The notes beneath the pieces were generated by a model. That model ran no database searches and was not told where the DNA came from. It saw only the letters and a list, made by a program, of their open reading frames with translations. A stretch of 64,000 bases of DNA from Nannocystis bainbridge (GTDB lineage Bacteria > Myxococcota_A > Polyangia > Nannocystales > Nannocystaceae). The translations under genes were made by a program, and so were the position numbers. How positions within the stretch are numbered: position 1 is the stretch's first letter; each line of letters starts with the position of its first letter. Positions 60,272 to 64,000 of the stretch are shown in pieces. The DNA is taken from contig NZ_JAQNDL010000003.1 in NCBI RefSeq assembly GCF_028368995.1, positions 2,208,001 through 2,272,000 on the forward strand, written 5' to 3'.

Positions 60272-60341
60272 AGTTGCCCGTCGCGCAGCCTCGGCGCTGC
60301 GCGAGAACTTCGCAGTACCCCGATTCGGGGACACCTTCGCT

Positions 60342-61109
60342 TCACGGGTCGCCGACCGCGATCGTCGGCGTCTCCTCCACGAACGCCGGCGCGCCTGCGA
60401 CTTGCCAGCGGATCAGCAGCTTCTCCGCGCGGTAGCCTTGCGCCATCGTCGTCACGCTGCGGACCAGCCCGAGCCCGCGCACATAATAGTTGTCCTCGTG
60501 TTGCACGTGCTCGACCGGCGGCACCGCGAAGCCCGTCTTCAACGTCGTGATCATGCGCGTCTGCGTCTCGCAGCGCACGTGCACCGCCGTCTGTCCGCGG
60601 AAGCCGTCCTCGCCGACCACCGCGCAGCGGCCGAACACCGCCATCGACGACACCGGCGTGTCGAGCTCCTGCCGCCATTCCCAGCGCATCCCTGGCGACA
60701 GCTCGCGCGGCAGGTACACCCCCTCTGCCACCCGCGTCGTCACCTCCCCGGCCGCGCTCGTCATCGAACCGATCTCCGGCGTCACTCCGAGCTGCGAGAT
60801 CACCATGTCGCGCTCGCTCGTCCCGCCCTGAAAATCGCTGCGCACGCGCGCCACCAGTCGTTCGCCGCGCCGCTCGGCCGCGACGATGCGGTCGGTCGAT
60901 CGCGTCGTCGGCACCTGCACCGCCGGGTGTGACTGCGGCATCGCGTACTCCCACACGTCGCCCACGCTCGCCGGCGCGTACGGGTGCTCCGTCGAAGGCG
61001 GCGGCGCCGACTGCACATCGCAGCCGACGAACACCAGCGCCCCCGTCACGATCAACTGCCAGCCCGGGCCTGGCTCGATCTCCGTCGTCGTGCTGCGGCG
61101 CTGGGCCAT
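60342..61109 (-). CDS. hypothetical lipoprotein
   Basis: FVGC lipobox-like site; GDVWEY and YYVRGLGLV motifs. Confidence 0.6.
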   Translation of the reverse strand: MAQRRSTTTEIEPGPGWQLIVTGALVFVGCDVQSAPPPSTEHPYAPASVGDVWEYAMPQSHPAVQVPTTRSTDRIVAAERRGERLVARVRSDFQGGTSERDMVISQLGVTPEIGSMTSAAGEVTTRVAEGVYLPRELSPGMRWEWRQELDTPVSSMAVFGRCAVVGEDGFRGQTAVHVRCETQTRMITTLKTGFAVPPVEHVQHEDNYYVRGLGLVRSVTTMAQGYRAEKLLIRWQVAGAPAFVEETPTIAVGDP

Positions 61110-61192
61110 GCCGCATCGTCCCCGGCCCGCCCGCGCCTCGCAAGGCCCGGTCCGCCGCGATCTCGCGCGCGCCCGCGAGCGCGGGCGAAAAT

Positions 61193-61214
61193 CACATGTC
61201 CCGCAGGACATGTC
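61193..61214. repeat. GACATGTC-like pair
   Basis: Units at 61193 and 61207. Confidence 0.72.
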
Positions 61215-61321
61215 CTCTTCGCCAGCTCGCCGTCGACCCTTGGAGTCGTTTTAAACGACAATGCGAACGGCCGTACGAGACGGCCGCTCGCGGGTCACGA
61301 GCGAGGCTCGCGACGTGAATC

Positions 61322-61765
61322 CTAGTGGTCCTGCTCGCCCTCGTCGCGGCCGCTGGGCGACATCGTCTCGCTGCGCGGCATCTCGGAGCGGTTCTCCGGG
61401 GTCGACGACGAAGTCGAAGCCTCGCGCTCCTCGAGCTCCGTGTTCAGCTCGTCGGACACGCCGGTCATGCCCTGCCCGCTGCGCTGGCCGCGGTTGCGGT
61501 CGCGGCTGGAGTTGGCGCGGTTGCTGTGCGACGCGTGGCCGCCCTTCGCCCCGATCTCCGCCATGTGCTCGCGGTTCTGGCTCACGACCTCGCCGCCCTT
61601 GCGGCCGGCCGCGCGGGCCTCGTCGGAGTCGAACTCGTGCGCCGTGCCCTTCTCGTGGGCCGCCCGGCCGCCCTTGCGCGCGATCTCCCGCTGCTTCTCC
61701 GCGTCCATCCCCGCAAAACCGCGGCCTCCGCGGCGCTCCCCTGAATTCCCGGTGCTGTTCGGCAT
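61322..61765 (-). CDS. KGG-domain general stress protein
   Basis: GFAGMDAEKQREIARKGG, AGRKGG, HMAEIGAKGG; GAGG RBS. Confidence 0.88.
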   Translation of the reverse strand: MPNSTGNSGERRGGRGFAGMDAEKQREIARKGGRAAHEKGTAHEFDSDEARAAGRKGGEVVSQNREHMAEIGAKGGHASHSNRANSSRDRNRGQRSGQGMTGVSDELNTELEEREASTSSSTPENRSEMPRSETMSPSGRDEGEQDH

Positions 61766-62132
61766 GTTGGTACCTCTGTCGCGGACGCTCTGGATCCGCG
61801 TCGTGCTGGGTTCTTTGAATCGGTGTCTTCGTGGCCGTAGCGCTGTCTGCGCAGGCCGAAGAGGTTCGAGGCAACCATGGTCGACTGCGTCACCTCGGCA
61901 AGGTGGAGCTCGGCGCGCGCAGAGGTCTACGACCCCCATTCGGATCGGCGATCCTGCCGCCGGGGCCGCTGGGACGGGCGCCGCGCCGCTGAGCCCGCTC
62001 GGAGAATCAGGGAATTCCCGACCCAAGATCATGTTTACCGCTTGCAATTTTTCCTCAGCGCAGCGCGCGAATCTGCGCCGCGACCGCGATCGCGTTGACA
62101 CCGCACTCTGCCGGGGGGACGCTGTGGTCACG

Positions 62133-62399
62133 ATGACCCGCAATTTCCTCGTGTATGCCGTGAGCGCGTGCCTCGCCGGCCTGTTCGGATTTGCCTGCAA
62201 GAGCGGCGGCGGTGGTGGTGGCTCGCACGCGCCGGGGACCGTCACGGCCATCGAGGGTTCGTCGTCGTGTCCGCGGTCGGTGCCGGCGCGCGGGGCGTCC
62301 TGCCCGCGGGGCGAGTCCGAGTTTTGCGTCTACCGCACCACCGGCGGCGACTTCGCCTGTGTCTGCGGCGGCGGCAAGTGGGGCTGCGGCTCCAAGTAG
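62133..62399 (+). CDS. small Cys-rich lipoprotein
   Basis: Signal ending FAC; CP...CP...C...CVC...WGC. Confidence 0.65.
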   Translation: MTRNFLVYAVSACLAGLFGFACKSGGGGGGSHAPGTVTAIEGSSSCPRSVPARGASCPRGESEFCVYRTTGGDFACVCGGGKWGCGSK

Positions 62400-62539
62400 G
62401 AGGAGACCGGCCGGCCGGTCCCGCCTCCCCGCGCGGAGGAACCCGCGGTCCGTGAACGCGGGGCCGCGCCTGCGTCGGCAGGCGGTCGTGGCTCCGCGCC
62501 CGCTTTTCGTGCGGCGCGCGGCTGCGATACCCTCCGACG

Positions 62540-63382
62540 ATGCTCCCTTATCTCGTTCGTGCCCGCTGGACCGCGTTCACCCTGCTCCTCGGCTGCAGCT
62601 TCGACGGCAGCGGCTTGGTCAGCGCAGGCCCGCCGAGCACGACCAGCACGACCGGCGATCTCTCCACCTCGACCGGTCCGGGGACCACCACTCTGCCGAC
62701 CACCCTCGATACGGAGGGCAGCGACAGCGGCAGCGCGACGACGAGCACGACCACCCCCGTCGACCCGACTACCTCGACCACCACGACCACCACCGATACG
62801 TCGACCACCGGACCGGACACCACGACCTCGACCGGTCCTGACACCACGACCTCGAGCACTACCAGCACCGATACCAGCACCTCGACCGGCCCCGACACCA
62901 CCACCGATCCCGAGCCGGTTTGCATGGACCCGGGCCCCGAGCCGAACGAGGACGAGGCCGGTTCGATCGACCTCGGCAATCAACACTGCAAGGCCCAGGC
63001 GAAGAGCTTCATGGGCATCCTCGACGGCGACACCGACGTCGACTGGTTCCGCTTCCACGGCGACTTCAGCGGTCAGTGTGGCGACCTCAGCCCCGACCCG
63101 CGGGCCAAGATCGTCGTCACCACCCCGGGCCCGCTCGAGGTGTGCATGTTCGCCGACTGCGACGCCCAGGGCAGCACCAACTTCGACTGTCCCAACGGCA
63201 CCTCGGAGACCGACTCGCCCGACGGCCGCGACGGCTGCTGCGGCTCCGGAAACATGGAGTACGTCGTCAACTGCCAGAGCAGCGGCAACGAGAGCGCGGT
63301 GATCTATGTCCGCCTGCAAAAGGCCGAGGTCGACGCCTGCCTCGAGTACAAGGTCGACTACAGCTATTTGAGCGGCAACTGA
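62540..63382 (+). CDS. Thr-rich, Cys-rich lipoprotein
   Basis: Lipobox LLGC; EPNE and DVDWF motifs. Confidence 0.75.
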   Translation: MLPYLVRARWTAFTLLLGCSFDGSGLVSAGPPSTTSTTGDLSTSTGPGTTTLPTTLDTEGSDSGSATTSTTTPVDPTTSTTTTTTDTSTTGPDTTTSTGPDTTTSSTTSTDTSTSTGPDTTTDPEPVCMDPGPEPNEDEAGSIDLGNQHCKAQAKSFMGILDGDTDVDWFRFHGDFSGQCGDLSPDPRAKIVVTTPGPLEVCMFADCDAQGSTNFDCPNGTSETDSPDGRDGCCGSGNMEYVVNCQSSGNESAVIYVRLQKAEVDACLEYKVDYSYLSGN

Positions 63383-63441
63383 CGCTCACGCGTGAAGCCG
63401 GCGCGCACCGATGATTGCGCGCCCCGGCCGGGCTCCCGCCC

Positions 63442-64000
63442 TCACCCGCGCGAGCGAGCCGCCAGGTACTGCGGCGGCCACGTCACCCCCGGGCCGCGGT
63501 AGTTCTGCTCGGCCGCGGCGCGCAGCGTGAAGTGCGGGTCGAACAGGTGCGGCCGCGCCAGCGCGCACAGGTCGGCGCGGCCCGACGCGATGATCGTGTT
63601 GACCTGGTCCCAGTCCTGGATCGCCCCGACCGCCATCGTCGTCACCCCCGCCTCGTGGCGGATCCGGTCGCTCAGGTGCGTCTGGAACATGCGCCCGTAG
63701 ATCTCGGGTCGCGACTGCGGCGTCGTCTGTCCGGCCGACACGTCGACAAGGTCGCAGCCGTGGGCCTTGAGCAGACGCGCGATCTCGACGGCGTCCTCCT
63801 CGTCGAGGCCGTCGGGGATCCAATCCGTCGCCGAGATGCGCACCGACACCGGCTTGTGCGCCGGCACGGCCGCTCGCACCGCGCTCAGCACCTGCAGCGG
63901 GAAGCGCATGCGGTCCGCCAGCGACCCGCCGTACTCGTCGGTGCGCACGTTCGTCAGCGGCGAGATGAACGACGCCAGCAGGTAGCCGTGCGCCATGTGG
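63442..64000 (-). CDS. C-terminal OYE/NADH:flavin oxidoreductase domain (salicylyl-CoA 5-hydroxylase/anthraniloyl-CoA monooxygenase type), 5'-partial
   Basis: [23 protein letters not shown]...[23 protein letters not shown]. Confidence 0.85.
   Translation of the reverse strand, partial: HMAHGYLLASFISPLTNVRTDEYGGSLADRMRFPLQVLSAVRAAVPAHKPVSVRISATDWIPDGLDEEDAVEIARLLKAHGCDLVDVSAGQTTPQSRPEIYGRMFQTHLSDRIRHEAGVTTMAVGAIQDWDQVNTIIASGRADLCALARPHLFDPHFTLRAAAEQNYRGPGVTWPPQYLAARSRG

Overview
High-GC myxobacterial DNA; the Thr-rich/Cys-rich lipoproteins, MYXO-CTERM protein and kinase-TPR/ECF pair suggest a Nannocystis-like organism (inference). 1-12 kb is a polymorphic Rhs/YD toxin locus: a 5'-partial intact Rhs gene with a metallopeptidase-like tip and immunity candidate, a truncated IS66 transposase, a frameshifted orphan Rhs module whose ADP-ribosyltransferase-like tip is split by a complete IS5/IS1182-like element (CTAG target duplication), and a scrambled third Rhs relic. 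12-19 kb: Thg1-like protein, PiT/DUF47 phosphate uptake, USP, flavin monooxygenase. 19.4-29.7 kb holds the best candidate for a new system: ECF sigma, a small ORF and a Ser/Thr kinase-TPR, divergent from a caspase-like protease and a CHAT protease. The CHAT N-terminal helical domain recurs on a neighbouring membrane-anchored FGE-sulfatase protein. The gene set resembles a PCaspase cascade with no CRISPR/SAVED input visible. A second unexplained signal is 12 dispersed clusters of a GACATGTC-like palindrome at a 14-bp period, one inside the caspase gene. A ~6 kb more AT-rich island (37-43 kb) is bounded by 64-bp direct repeats. The rest is core or accessory genes (Kef, hybrid histidine kinase, tandem VWA lipoprotein, ALO, P450, KGG stress protein, partial OYE-type oxidoreductase). 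No rRNA, tRNA or CRISPR array was seen. All family calls come from motif reading, without database searches.
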